From: Candidatus Zixiibacteriota bacterium
GTDB taxonomy: Bacteria > RBG-13-66-14 > B26-G2 > WVWN01
Assembly: GCA_050117845.1 (NCBI GenBank)
Contig: JASFLY010000003.1
Location: 1-64,000 of the forward strand
Reading direction: 5' to 3'
DNA length: 64,000 nucleotides
Part shown: positions 46,082 to 55,895 of the stretch, piece after piece
Layout: each line of letters opens with the position of its first letter
Numbering within the stretch: the stretch's first letter is position 1
Made by a program: the position numbers and the translations under genes
The notes under the pieces: model-generated
What the model was told of the DNA's origin: nothing
Database searches by the model: none
Seen by the model: the letters and a program-made list of their open reading frames with translations, nothing else

Positions 46082-47269
46082 TTAATATTTCCTGACGGCC
46101 GCGACGGACCTGATAACCTCGTCCCAGGCGCGGCCGTGTACGTCCCAGGTATACTTCTGTTCGACGGCCTGCCGCCCCCAGCGGCCGTACTCCTCACGCA
46201 GTTTCTCGTCCCGCAACAGGCGCGCCACGGCCGCCGCGAATTCGGCCGGTTCGTCCGCGACGATAAAATCGCGCCCCGCCACCAGGTCCATCCCCTCCAC
46301 GCCCCGCGTCGTGCAAACCACGGGCAGGCCCGCCGCCATCGCCTCTATCACTTTCATCTTCATCCCCGCGCCGAGGCGCATCGGGCACACCGACACCTGG
46401 CAGCGCCGTAAATAAGCCTTCATGTCCGGAACGGCTCCGGTAACGACGACGCCCTCCCGCCGGGCCAACGCCCGCACTTCGCCGGTCGGGTTCTTGCCCA
46501 CGATATGGAACGTGGCCTCCGGCACCGCGTTCCTCACCCGGGGGAATATCTCGTTTGCGAAGTAAGCCGCAGCGTCCGCGTTCGGCGGGTAGTCCATGAC
46601 GCCCGAAAAAACTATCGAGAACGGCTCCCGCGATACGCCCTCGTCGGCGGCGACGTCCGTCCCGAAGGGGGCGTAGTAAACGGGAAGGCCCGGGCAAAGC
46701 TCACCGATGACCTCCGCGTCGCGCCGGGCCACGAGGACGCACGCGTCGTACCGGCCGTACGTCCGGCGCTCGTAACTTTTAACCTTCCAATATTGCAGGA
46801 GGAAATAGAGGGAGGCGGCGGGGTTGAGGCGCAGGCCCAACTGGCGCTTGTAGTACAGGGACGTGGCGTCGAGCGGCGCGATTATCTTCGGCGTGTTCTG
46901 TACGTCCACGGTATACTGCGCCATGTTGATGTGGCCGCCGATGATGACGTCAAAATCCCGGCGCCGCAGGAGTTTCCCCAAAGCCGCCGCGAAGTCCCGG
47001 TTCCGGTAGAGCAGGACGCCGAACGGCCAGATGGTCAACATACTCCATAATCGCCGCAGGAGGGTCTTGTCGAATTCGTGGGGGACGAGGACGAGTTCCC
47101 CCACCATATCCCGGACGACCGCGATATCCTCCGGGGCGTCGCCCGAGGTCATGGCGAGCATCGTAACGTCGTGCTCGGGCCGGAAGCGCCGCAATAAATT
47201 ATACACCACCGCCCGGTTCGAATCGGTCGGAGGATAAGGGACTTCCGAGGCAATAATGAGAATCTTCAC
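46082..47269 (-). CDS. Glycosyltransferase family 4
   Basis: PYPP, FSGVMDYPPN, GAGMKMKVIEAMAAGLPVV, YTW. Confidence 0.9.
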   Translation of the reverse strand: MKILIIASEVPYPPTDSNRAVVYNLLRRFRPEHDVTMLAMTSGDAPEDIAVVRDMVGELVLVPHEFDKTLLRRLWSMLTIWPFGVLLYRNRDFAAALGKLLRRRDFDVIIGGHINMAQYTVDVQNTPKIIAPLDATSLYYKRQLGLRLNPAASLYFLLQYWKVKSYERRTYGRYDACVLVARRDAEVIGELCPGLPVYYAPFGTDVAADEGVSREPFSIVFSGVMDYPPNADAAAYFANEIFPRVRNAVPEATFHIVGKNPTGEVRALARREGVVVTGAVPDMKAYLRRCQVSVCPMRLGAGMKMKVIEAMAAGLPVVCTTRGVEGMDLVAGRDFIVADEPAEFAAAVARLLRDEKLREEYGRWGRQAVEQKYTWDVHGRAWDEVIRSVAAVRKY

Positions 47270-47376
47270 GGTTATCCCGGGTCCTTCACCTTTTTTATTA
47301 TAGAACGTTTCGCCGACAAAAACAAGTCGCGGTAGTTGACGCCGCCCCTCGGACCACGCTACGCGGGCGATGCATG

Positions 47377-47399
47377 AAAAAACCCGGCTGCCAGCCGGG
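47377..47399 (-). terminator. Rho-independent terminator of the rplU-rpmA-obgE unit
   Basis: CCCGGCT-loop-AGCCGGG with A6 (U-tract on the minus strand). Confidence 0.75.
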
Positions 47400-47425
47400 C
47401 GTACTTTCGTTCGGCCTGACGGCCG

Positions 47426-47752
47426 CTATTCCTCCTCGGCCCACTCTTCCAGAAACTTTGCTATGAGGTCCTTTTCCTCCCGGTCGACGCCGCGCTGCTC
47501 CTCGGCCGTAATGGGGACCAGCTCCCCCTCCTGGAGTTTGGTGATCATCAGGTCGTGCTGGCTCCGCATCAACTTCCGTACTTTTTCGACCCGGTCCGCG
47601 CCGGCGATGGCTCCCACGACCTGCTTCGCCCGGGCCACGACGGCCCCGCCCTTGAAGACGAGGGTTACGAGGTTGTCGCCGACGTTCTCGGTCTGGATAT
47701 GGTAGCGTTCACCGCCGACCGTAACTTCGCAATTAAGGCCTTGCGTTATCAT
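47426..47752 (-). CDS. Small hypothetical protein (HIQTE motif)
   Basis: 108-aa ORF overlapping the obgE end by 20 nt, upstream of the terminator. Confidence 0.7.
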   Translation of the reverse strand: MITQGLNCEVTVGGERYHIQTENVGDNLVTLVFKGGAVVARAKQVVGAIAGADRVEKVRKLMRSQHDLMITKLQEGELVPITAEEQRGVDREEKDLIAKFLEEWAEEE

Positions 47753-48725
47753 AGGCTTTTACGGCTTCCCACAGAGCCACCTTTAATTCCTCGACGCCGG
47801 CCCCGGATACGGCGGAAGTCGCTATCACGGCCTTGCCGGCCGCTCCGCCCAGGGCCGCCGCTATACCTTCGTCGTGCGGCAGGTCCGTTTTATTCGCGAT
47901 GACGATTACGACTCGCGATACCAGTTCTTTTTTGAAATTCTCTATCTCGGCGACGACGGTTTCGAAGTCGCGCACCGGCGACTCGCCCGAAACATCCACC
48001 ACGACCGCCAGCGCCTTCGCCCGTTCCACGTGCCGCAGGAAGTCGAGGCCCAGGCCCCGTCCTTCCGCCGCCCCCTCCAAAAGGCCCGGCACCTCTATTA
48101 CGGCGTAGGTCTGGGCCGCCGAATATTCCACGATGCCCAGCTGGGGAGCCAGCGTCGTGAAAGGATACGGCGCGACCCTGGGATGGGCGGAACTTAGCGC
48201 GGCGAGAACCGACGATTTCCCGGCGTTGGGGGGCCCGATGAGCGCGACGTCGGCTATTAGCTTCAGCGTCAGCCGCAGGCGGCGCTGTTGGCCCGGACCA
48301 CCGTCCTCGGCGTAGCGGGGAACCTGCATCGTCGGCGTGGCGAAATGGGAATTGCCCCGGCCGCCTCGGCCTCCCCGGGCCAGGAGGACCTCTTCGGACG
48401 CCGCCGCCACTTCTCCCACGACGGAGCCGCCGTCGTCCTCGATGACGGTCCCCGGCGGGACCCGTATCCATTTATTCTCCCCGGCGGCGCCGGTACGCTT
48501 CCTTCCGGCCCCGTCTACGCCGCCGTCGGCCGCGACGAGTTCAACACCCGCCAGGTGGTTCAGCGTGCGGAGGCCGCCGTGGCCCACTGCGTATACCGAG
48601 CCGCCTCGGCCGCCGTCGCCGCCGTCCGGGCCGCCCCGGGGGACGAACTTCTCCCGGCGGAAGGAAACCGCGCCCCGGCCGCCGTCGCCTCCCCGCACTT
48701 CCAGCTCCACTTCGTCGATAAACAC
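47733..48725 (-). CDS. obgE: GTPase ObgE/CgtA
   Basis: FIDE, Gly-rich Obg fold, GPPNAGKSS, YPFTT, NKTD, SA; follows rplU-rpmA. Confidence 0.96.
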   Translation of the reverse strand: MFIDEVELEVRGGDGGRGAVSFRREKFVPRGGPDGGDGGRGGSVYAVGHGGLRTLNHLAGVELVAADGGVDGAGRKRTGAAGENKWIRVPPGTVIEDDGGSVVGEVAAASEEVLLARGGRGGRGNSHFATPTMQVPRYAEDGGPGQQRRLRLTLKLIADVALIGPPNAGKSSVLAALSSAHPRVAPYPFTTLAPQLGIVEYSAAQTYAVIEVPGLLEGAAEGRGLGLDFLRHVERAKALAVVVDVSGESPVRDFETVVAEIENFKKELVSRVVIVIANKTDLPHDEGIAAALGGAAGKAVIATSAVSGAGVEELKVALWEAVKAYDNARP

Positions 48726-48818
48726 AATAAACCCGGGGAGCCGAAGCGCGTGGTCGTTTGTGCGCTAATCAACCCGCCGGGGTATCGTTGGAACTCCAAT
48801 TAACGGTTCGCGTGCCTG

Positions 48819-49073
48819 TTACGAAGCGGGAACGACGTGTACCTCGCGCCGGTTCCTGCGCCGCACGAATTCCACCCGACCAGTTACCGTCGCGAATAAG
48901 GTATAATCTCTCCCCATGCCGACGTTCTCGCCGGGGTAATAGCTGGTGCCGTGCTGACGAACGATAATGGAGCCCGCGGTAACGGGCTGGCCGCCGTACG
49001 CCTTGATGCCCAGGCGCTGGCCGGCGCTGTCGCGGCCGTTGCGGGAGGAACCACCTGATTTCTTGTGAGCCAT
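48819..49073 (-). CDS. rpmA: 50S ribosomal protein L27
   Basis: [29 protein letters not shown]. Confidence 0.98.
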   Translation of the reverse strand: MAHKKSGGSSRNGRDSAGQRLGIKAYGGQPVTAGSIIVRQHGTSYYPGENVGMGRDYTLFATVTGRVEFVRRRNRREVHVVPAS

Positions 49074-49111
49074 GTCGACCTCCGGCGCTCCGGAAAACGC
49101 GGGCCGGAACG

Positions 49112-49432
49112 CTAGGACTTCGTTACGGACAATACCTTGAGAACCGTATACGGCTGCCGGTATCCCCGTAAGCGCCGGTAGTTCTTACGACGCTTGAATT
49201 TAAAAACTTCGACCTTGGGTCGCCGCTCGTGAGCCACGACCTCGGCGGTAACGCGCGCGTTCGGGACCAGCGGCGTACCCACTTCGGCGCCTTTGTCGTC
49301 GCCGAGCAGGAGTACTTCGTCCAGCTCCACTTGCGCGCCTACGTCAACGTTCATCAGATCGACGGCGACCAATTCGCCTTCGCTCATCCGGTATTGACGG
49401 TTTCTATTTCGTACCAATGCGAACATAATCAT
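49112..49432 (-). CDS. rplU: 50S ribosomal protein L21 (start 49432 or 49426)
   Basis: [28 protein letters not shown]. Confidence 0.96.
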   Translation of the reverse strand: MIMFALVRNRNRQYRMSEGELVAVDLMNVDVGAQVELDEVLLLGDDKGAEVGTPLVPNARVTAEVVAHERRPKVEVFKFKRRKNYRRLRGYRQPYTVLKVLSVTKS

Positions 49433-49448
49433 CCTTAGGTTAGCGTGT

Positions 49449-49477
49449 TTTTTAACATATTAGGATGATAATGTCAA
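49449..49477 (-). promoter_or_regulatory. Possible promoter of rplU
   Basis: TTGACA-17 bp-TAAAAA with TG extension; a second extended -10 (TGGTATAAT) lies at 49504-49512. Confidence 0.5.
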
Positions 49478-49724
49478 GAGTTCTTTCGGCCCGCGTACTA
49501 TATATTATACCATAAGCGGGGGCATCATTTCCAAAGCCGGAAACGAAAGGGGCCGGCGACGGCCCTGCGAAAAACCGGCCTCAATACCTCTTACGTTAAA
49601 AGGTAGACCGCCGATTTAACACTGGTTATAATGAAACACCCCCGCGGGAGTTATTACTAAACGTTCCGTCCGGGTGAAACAACCTGAAGGCCGTTTCTAT
49701 CGAAGCTCCGGATTTTTTTTTTGC

Positions 49725-49754
49725 TTGACAAGGAAAATCCCTTTCTATTATAAT
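49725..49754 (+). promoter_or_regulatory. Consensus sigma70 promoter with upstream T10 tract
   Basis: TTGACA-18 bp-TATAAT. Confidence 0.85.
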
Positions 49755-49864
49755 GCTGAGCCAAGGAGCAAGCCCAAAGTACAAACGCTTTGGAGCAAGG
49801 AAATCATAAATATTACCGGATTACCGAGCTTACACAGTCCCTCGAAGGGAGGTGAATCGCCAGG

Positions 49865-50185
49865 ATGAAAAAGGCCATTATCTTCAGCGTCATTGGAGCT
49901 TTCATTCTTGGCTTCTTAGCCCTCGGTTGCGGCCCGAGCAAGGAATTGCTCGACGCGTACTACGACGCGAAAATGAAGAAGCAGGAAGGCGAAGACCGTC
50001 TCGCCAAAGCGAAATCTGCCAACGAAGCTTACAAGGCTGAGTTCGACAAGGCCGTCAAGAAGATCGACGAGCTTCGTGCGCAGCACAAAGACCTTCACGA
50101 GAAACGCAACAACATCGAGAAGGCTCGCGGAATGAAAATCACGCCGTTGCTCCACGGCGCCGAGAAAGAACCTACTTGGGAATAA
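49865..50185 (+). CDS. Coiled-coil lipoprotein
   Basis: Lipobox ALGC; K/E/A-rich heptads; GGAGGTGA SD. Confidence 0.8.
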   Translation: MKKAIIFSVIGAFILGFLALGCGPSKELLDAYYDAKMKKQEGEDRLAKAKSANEAYKAEFDKAVKKIDELRAQHKDLHEKRNNIEKARGMKITPLLHGAEKEPTWE

Positions 50186-50271
50186 GCTGAATTTTAGCCC
50201 GGCACGTAATTAATAACACCCATACGAAGCCGTGGCTTAAAAATACTCCTCAAGGAAAGGGGTGTTAACGG

Positions 50272-50748
50272 GTGAAAAAGGCTGTCTTAGCTTTAGCGGT
50301 CTTCGTGCTCACGGTCGCCCCGTTCGCTTTGGCCCAGGATTACGACGCGCTTAAGCGCGAAGTCAAAATGAACGAAGGCGCCGGCGAAGGCGATATAAAC
50401 GCGCAGATCCAAAGCCGCCTTGACGATGCCGCCCGGCTGAACAAAGAGGCCGAGGGTGTCGAGTTCGAGAACAAGGCGCTCGAAGGTAAAGTAATGAAGG
50501 TCCAGAAGGTACACGACTTCTGGAAGACGCTAATCGGCGAAGATCAGGCGTTCCTCAACAAATGGGCGGAGCGCGAAGGTGATCACGTCGTAGTCGAGGG
50601 CGAATGCCTCTGGATGATCGCGGGTATGGAATACGGCCATCCCTACTACTACAAATGGCCGCTTATTTATAATGCCAACCGCGACCTCATCAAGGATCCG
50701 GACCTCATTTATCCTGGCTGGAACCTCAAAGTTCCCGCGATGCAGTAA
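50272..50748 (+). CDS. Secreted coiled-coil + LysM peptidoglycan-binding protein
   Basis: Signal peptide (ALA), helical region, [13 protein letters not shown]...[27 protein letters not shown]. Confidence 0.9.
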   Translation: MKKAVLALAVFVLTVAPFALAQDYDALKREVKMNEGAGEGDINAQIQSRLDDAARLNKEAEGVEFENKALEGKVMKVQKVHDFWKTLIGEDQAFLNKWAEREGDHVVVEGECLWMIAGMEYGHPYYYKWPLIYNANRDLIKDPDLIYPGWNLKVPAMQ

Positions 50749-50770
50749 TCATCGATCACGGTTATAAAAG

Positions 50771-50801
50771 GGCAGTCGGCTTAAACGACTGCCTTTTTTT
50801 T
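50771..50801 (+). terminator. Rho-independent terminator
   Basis: GGCAGTCG-loop-CGACTGCC-T8. Confidence 0.9.
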
Positions 50802-50816
50802 AGCCCCTTACGTTAT

Positions 50817-51270
<454 letters not shown>

Positions 51271-51272
<2 letters not shown>

Positions 51273-51297
51273 AAAAACGGCCCGGACGGGCCGTTTT
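51271..51297. terminator. Bidirectional terminator
   Basis: A7-CGGCCC-ggac-GGGCCG-T4 between convergent dtd and cca. Confidence 0.85.
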
Positions 51298-51320
51298 CGA
51301 TATCTCCTACTCCCCCAAGT

Positions 51321-52715
51321 TCAGGCGGACTTCTCGCGCAACAACTCGAGTAGTCGTTCGCGTTCATTGAGGGACTGATCCTCCAGCACGCGCTCGAGCA
51401 GATATCCGAGTGCTTCGCCGACGGCCGGCCCGGCCGCGATGCCGAGTTCGGTCATCACGTCGTGGCCGTTAACGGCGAGGTCCTTCTCCGTGAACGCCTC
51501 TTCCCGGGCAATGGCCTCGTTTATGCGGCGCTCCAGCGCCCGGAGGTACGCCGGGAAGCCGTAATTCGTCCCGTTCCCGAACCAGTCAGCGATGCGCAGG
51601 TCGAAGAGGTCCGCGATGTTCTCCCGGCCGACCTTACGGATGAAACGCCGCACCGCCGCGTCCGTCCACTGCGAAGTGTACCCGAACATATGGTGGTAGA
51701 CGAGGTGCAGGACGTGGTCCCGGTCCTTCTTGCTGAAACGGAGGCGGTTCATAATGTCGCGGGCCATACGCCGGCTCACGGCCTGGTGATTGTAGAAGGT
51801 CACCCGGCCTTCACGCACGACCCGGGTCCGGGGCTTGCCTATGTCGTGCAGCAAAGCCGCCAGCCGCACGAGCGGTTTCTTCGCGGGCGCGGCGTCGCAG
51901 GAATAGAGGGCGTGGGTATAGACGTCGTGCGCGTGGAATTCGTTCTGGGTAACGCTGTACCCTTCCAGGAGTTCGGGTACGGAGAGTTCCAAAAGGCCGG
52001 TTTCCCGCATGAGGTCGATGCCGTACGAGGGCCGCTCGGCCGTCGCGAGCATCTTCATTAGTTCGCCCCGTACGCGTTCGACCGCGACCATCCGGACGCG
52101 CTCCAGCACTTTCGGTATGGCTTGGAGGGTTTCGGCTTCTATCTCGAATTCGAAGCGCGCCGCGAGCCGGATCGCCCGTAGCGGCCGCAGGCCGTCCTCG
52201 CGGAAACGCTCCTCCGCGTTCCCCACCGCCCGCACGATCCCCTGCTCGAAGTCCTCGACGCCGCGGTATAAATCTATGAACTCGTCCTCGAGCGGGTCGT
52301 AGGCGAAGGCGTTGAAGGTGAAATCGCGACGGCTGAGGTCCTCTTCCACGGCGGCCGCGTACGTCACGTCGTCCGGGTGTCGGGCGTCGCCGTATTTCCC
52401 GTCCCGGCGGAACGTCGTCACCTCGTACTCGCCGGCCTTGCCCAGGACCGTAATAGTGCCGTGCTTTATCCCGGTGGGCGCGGTACGAGGGAACAGCTTC
52501 CGCACCTCCTCCGGCCGGGCGTCCGTGGCCACGTCGAAATCCTCCGCCGGCAGGCCGGCTAGCAGGTCGCGCACGCCGCCCCCCACGAGGTACGCGCGCT
52601 TCCCCACGGCCTTCAAGGCCGCGACAAGCTCCCGTACCTCGGAGGGAATACCTTTCAGGTTCGCCCGGTCCAGCCGGTACTTGGGTTTCGCCTTCTTTTT
52701 GGTCTTTGCCGCCAT
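51321..52715 (-). CDS. cca: CCA tRNA nucleotidyltransferase with HD domain
   Basis: VGGGVRD, DFD, RRDFT, EDGLR, LLHDIGK, LAVNGHD. Confidence 0.85.
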   Translation of the reverse strand: MAAKTKKKAKPKYRLDRANLKGIPSEVRELVAALKAVGKRAYLVGGGVRDLLAGLPAEDFDVATDARPEEVRKLFPRTAPTGIKHGTITVLGKAGEYEVTTFRRDGKYGDARHPDDVTYAAAVEEDLSRRDFTFNAFAYDPLEDEFIDLYRGVEDFEQGIVRAVGNAEERFREDGLRPLRAIRLAARFEFEIEAETLQAIPKVLERVRMVAVERVRGELMKMLATAERPSYGIDLMRETGLLELSVPELLEGYSVTQNEFHAHDVYTHALYSCDAAPAKKPLVRLAALLHDIGKPRTRVVREGRVTFYNHQAVSRRMARDIMNRLRFSKKDRDHVLHLVYHHMFGYTSQWTDAAVRRFIRKVGRENIADLFDLRIADWFGNGTNYGFPAYLRALERRINEAIAREEAFTEKDLAVNGHDVMTELGIAAGPAVGEALGYLLERVLEDQSLNERERLLELLREKSA

Positions 52716-53096
52716 TTATCCCAACGCGATCGCGAATGCCATCGCGTATTCCCGCTCGTGGCTTATGGTGACCATAACGCTCGTTATGCCGCGTTCCGCC
52801 GCCAACTCCGCGGCCACGCCGCCGAGTTTGACCTGCGGCCGGTTGCCGTCCGCGTGGACTTCTATGTCCCTGTACGCCATGCCCCCCGGCACCGCCGGCG
52901 AGAGGGCCTTGACGACCGCTTCCTTGGCCGCGAAGCGGCCCGCCAGAGCGCCGGCGAAGTCGACGCGGGCCATGCAGTACTCCCGCTCCTCGGGAGCGTA
53001 CAGCCGCTCCAGGAAACGCTCGCCGAAGCGCTCGTACGCCCGGGCGACGCGTTTTATCTCTATCAGGTCGGCCCCTATGCCAAGTACCGCCGTCAT
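52716..53096 (-). CDS. acpS: Holo-ACP synthase
   Basis: GIGADL, RFAAKEA, TISHE; ATG 53096 overlaps the pdxJ stop. Confidence 0.95.
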   Translation of the reverse strand: MTAVLGIGADLIEIKRVARAYERFGERFLERLYAPEEREYCMARVDFAGALAGRFAAKEAVVKALSPAVPGGMAYRDIEVHADGNRPQVKLGGVAAELAAERGITSVMVTISHEREYAMAFAIALG

Positions 53097-53821
53097 GGCG
53101 CCTCGGCCCGCGCCTCGCGCATCAGCGCGAGCATCCGCCGCGTGGCTTCTTCCAAGCCGTCGAAGACGGCCCGGGCCACGATGCTGTGGCCGATGTTTAG
53201 CTCCTCCAGTTCCGGAATCGCCGCCACCGGCTTGACGTTGAAGTAATTGAGGCCGTGCCCCGCGGCCACGCGCAGGCCCGCCGCCGCCGCGACCCGGGCC
53301 GCCGCCGCCAATTCCCCCAGCCGCGCCGCGACCTCGGCCGGGCCGGCGTTGGCGTACGCGCCGGTATGCAGTTCCACCGCCACGGCCCCAACCTCGCACG
53401 ACGCCGCGACCTGCTCCTCCGACGGCTCGACGAAGGTACTAACCGGTACGCCGCCGTTCGCGAGTTCCGCGACGACGTCTTTGAGCCGGCCTACGTTACC
53501 CGCCACGTCGAGGCCGCCCTCGGTCGTCAATTCCTCCCGGCGCTCCGGCACCAACGTAACGAAGGTCGGTTTGTACTTCAGCGCCATGGCCACCATCGCG
53601 CCGGTGGCCGCCATCTCGAGGTCTATGCCGGACGCCACGGTACGACTCATTACGTCTAGGTCCCGCTCCTGGACGTGACGCCGGTCCTCGCGGACGTGGA
53701 TGGTGATGTGGGCCGCGCCGCCCCGTTCCGCGGCGAACGCCGCGGCCACCGGGTCGGGCTCGAAGGTCTGGCGGGCCTGTCGGAGCGTGGCGACGTGGTC
53801 GACGTTTACTCCCAACCTCAT
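53093..53821 (-). CDS. pdxJ: Pyridoxine 5'-phosphate synthase
   Basis: [31 protein letters not shown]. Confidence 0.97.
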   Translation of the reverse strand: MRLGVNVDHVATLRQARQTFEPDPVAAAFAAERGGAAHITIHVREDRRHVQERDLDVMSRTVASGIDLEMAATGAMVAMALKYKPTFVTLVPERREELTTEGGLDVAGNVGRLKDVVAELANGGVPVSTFVEPSEEQVAASCEVGAVAVELHTGAYANAGPAEVAARLGELAAAARVAAAAGLRVAAGHGLNYFNVKPVAAIPELEELNIGHSIVARAVFDGLEEATRRMLALMREARAEAP

Positions 53822-54666
53822 GGATTCTCCTCGAGTTCGCTATTCCCCGGCAACGGTACCGTCGTCCGTTCCCGCCGGGAGAAAGTTATATATTCCTCGT
53901 ATCCCGCGTCGCGGGCGAGTTCCACCGCCCGGGCGAATTCGTGCCCCACTTCATCGGGCCGGTGGGCGTCCGAACCGAACGTTACGGGTATCCCGGCCTC
54001 CCGGGCCCGCCTCAACAGGTCCGGCCGCGGATATATCTCGCCCACCGTTTTCCTGAGGCCGCCCGTATTTATTTCCATTACCATACGCGCCGCCGCCACC
54101 GCCGCCAGGGCGGCGTCCTCGGCGTCGGTCACGTCGTCCTCGGGGAAACGGCCGAACTTCTTCGGTATGTCCGGATGCCCCCAGACGTCGTACAGGCCGG
54201 TCCGGGCCATATCCGCAACCAGGCCGTAGTAGTCGCGATAAAGCGCCGTCATGTCGGCCCGGCGGTATCGTTCCAGGCCCCGGCTGTCGTCGAAGGGCCA
54301 ATCGCCGATCCAGTGCACCGACCCGTAGACGTAATCGAACGGCAACGGCGCCAGGACCTCCGCCAACCGGCCCTCCTGCCCTGGGATGTAGTCCGCCTCC
54401 ACGCCCAGGAGTATAGGCGCTCCCGCCTCCTCCCGGACCCGTAAAACGTCCTCGACGTAAGCCGGCAACTCCTCGTACGGCATCGCGAGCTCGGGGTCGG
54501 CCATGGAGGGGTCGAGAAACGGAAGGTGGTCGTTGAAACCCACTCCGGCCAAGCGAGCGCCGGCCGTCGCATATTCGGCCAGCGTTCCCTCGGCGTGGCC
54601 GCAACGCGCCGTATGGACGTGATGGTCGACCGGGAGCCGGCCGCCGGACCGGGCGCTACTCACCAT
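53818..54666 (-). CDS. PHP-family phosphatase (HisK/HisJ histidinol-phosphatase-like)
   Basis: DHHVHT..CGHA, DH, GVEAD, GSVH, GHPD, EINT, GSDAH. Confidence 0.88.
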   Translation of the reverse strand: MVSSARSGGRLPVDHHVHTARCGHAEGTLAEYATAGARLAGVGFNDHLPFLDPSMADPELAMPYEELPAYVEDVLRVREEAGAPILLGVEADYIPGQEGRLAEVLAPLPFDYVYGSVHWIGDWPFDDSRGLERYRRADMTALYRDYYGLVADMARTGLYDVWGHPDIPKKFGRFPEDDVTDAEDAALAAVAAARMVMEINTGGLRKTVGEIYPRPDLLRRAREAGIPVTFGSDAHRPDEVGHEFARAVELARDAGYEEYITFSRRERTTVPLPGNSELEENP

Positions 54667-55300
54667 CCTCCTCTATCTCCTCGTCGTCGAGCGGCGGGAA
54701 CTCGTCCGCCGGAAGGTCTTCCGGCCCCCCCTCGTCCGTCGTCCCCTTTTCATCGGACTTCAGGTAATCGTCGATAAGTTTCTTGACATCCAGACCCTCG
54801 TACCCTTCACCCCGTATCTTCTTCATTACGGCGCCGTACAGCGCCGGGGCGACCTTGACGACGTGCGGCCCCAAAAAGCTGCTTCCCAGGTCCCGTTCAA
54901 GTTTCGGGAAAAACGGGAAGAGCGCTAGAATGAGCGCCACGACGCTCGCGAAGATAATGCCCCGGGCCGCCCCGAACGCGCCCCCGGCCAGACGGTCGAA
55001 CCAGCCCACGAAAAGGCGTTTCGCCCCCTTGTGGAGTACGTGCCCCAACCAACTTACGCCGGCCGCGATGACGCAGAACACGACGGCGAACGCGATTAAG
55101 TTCCCCATCCCCGGCTTGGCGTCCAACCACCCCTCGACGCTCCACCCCAGCGCCTCGTACGACCGGAGGCCGGCGAAGAGACCCAGAATAATGCCGCCCA
55201 GGTTGAATACCTCCCGGAGGATACCGCGCCGGAGGCCCATTACGCAATTCGCGGCGACGATTATCGCGAGTACGACGTCGACCCAGTTAAGGCTTCGCAT
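54656..55300 (-). CDS. cvpA: CvpA family membrane protein
   Basis: NWVD, GLRRGILRE, DRLAGGAFGAARG. Confidence 0.88.
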   Translation of the reverse strand: MRSLNWVDVVLAIIVAANCVMGLRRGILREVFNLGGIILGLFAGLRSYEALGWSVEGWLDAKPGMGNLIAFAVVFCVIAAGVSWLGHVLHKGAKRLFVGWFDRLAGGAFGAARGIIFASVVALILALFPFFPKLERDLGSSFLGPHVVKVAPALYGAVMKKIRGEGYEGLDVKKLIDDYLKSDEKGTTDEGGPEDLPADEFPPLDDEEIEEDGE

Positions 55301-55895
55301 CCGACTTCCTCGCTTGGCGTAAGTAGTAGTGCTTGATCTCGGCCCACGAGCAGGCTTCGGTCTGTTCGTTCTCGAGAACGCGGGGGCTCCCCGAACCGGT
55401 CTTGTCGGTCAGGCCGACGATAAGCCAGGGGGCGTCGGCGTCCGCCCGGCCGAAATCGAAAATGACGTCGCCGCGGGCGTAAAAGCAGAAAGTGGGCTCG
55501 CGCCACACGCGGACGCGCACGTCCATCGGCAGGGACGAAAATGAGGTCGCCCCCTCCCGTGGCACCCCCACGGCTTCATCCTTCGTAACCATCTCGAAAA
55601 CGATGTGGAAGGCCTCCGCGAATAGGGCCCGGCTCGCCTCCATCTCCTCGTCGTAACCCCAGCGCTCCGGGAAGCCGTCCGGCGGATTCTCGACGCGCGC
55701 TTCGAACGCGCCCGGGGAAAACAGGGCGGCGTACGCCTCGAAGTCCGGCGCATTGTAAGCCAATTTTAATGTATACAGGGTAGCGGCGGGCGTGGGGACG
55801 GACTTCTTCGGAGGCGGCGGGGCCGGGCCGCCGCAGGACGCCGCGAACGCGGCCGCGCCCAACGCCGCGCCGAGACGCAAAGCGTTCCGTATCAC
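55287..55895 (-). CDS. Hypothetical lipoprotein
   Basis: GTG 55895 overlapping the thiDN stop; lipobox-like AASC then a Pro-rich linker. Confidence 0.7.
   Translation of the reverse strand: MIRNALRLGAALGAAAFAASCGGPAPPPPKKSVPTPAATLYTLKLAYNAPDFEAYAALFSPGAFEARVENPPDGFPERWGYDEEMEASRALFAEAFHIVFEMVTKDEAVGVPREGATSFSSLPMDVRVRVWREPTFCFYARGDVIFDFGRADADAPWLIVGLTDKTGSGSPRVLENEQTEACSWAEIKHYYLRQARKSDAKP

Noticed and set aside
53097..53399. N-terminal extension of the acpS ORF
   Set aside because: Overlaps pdxJ; the ATGA-coupled start at 53096 gives a normal-length AcpS.
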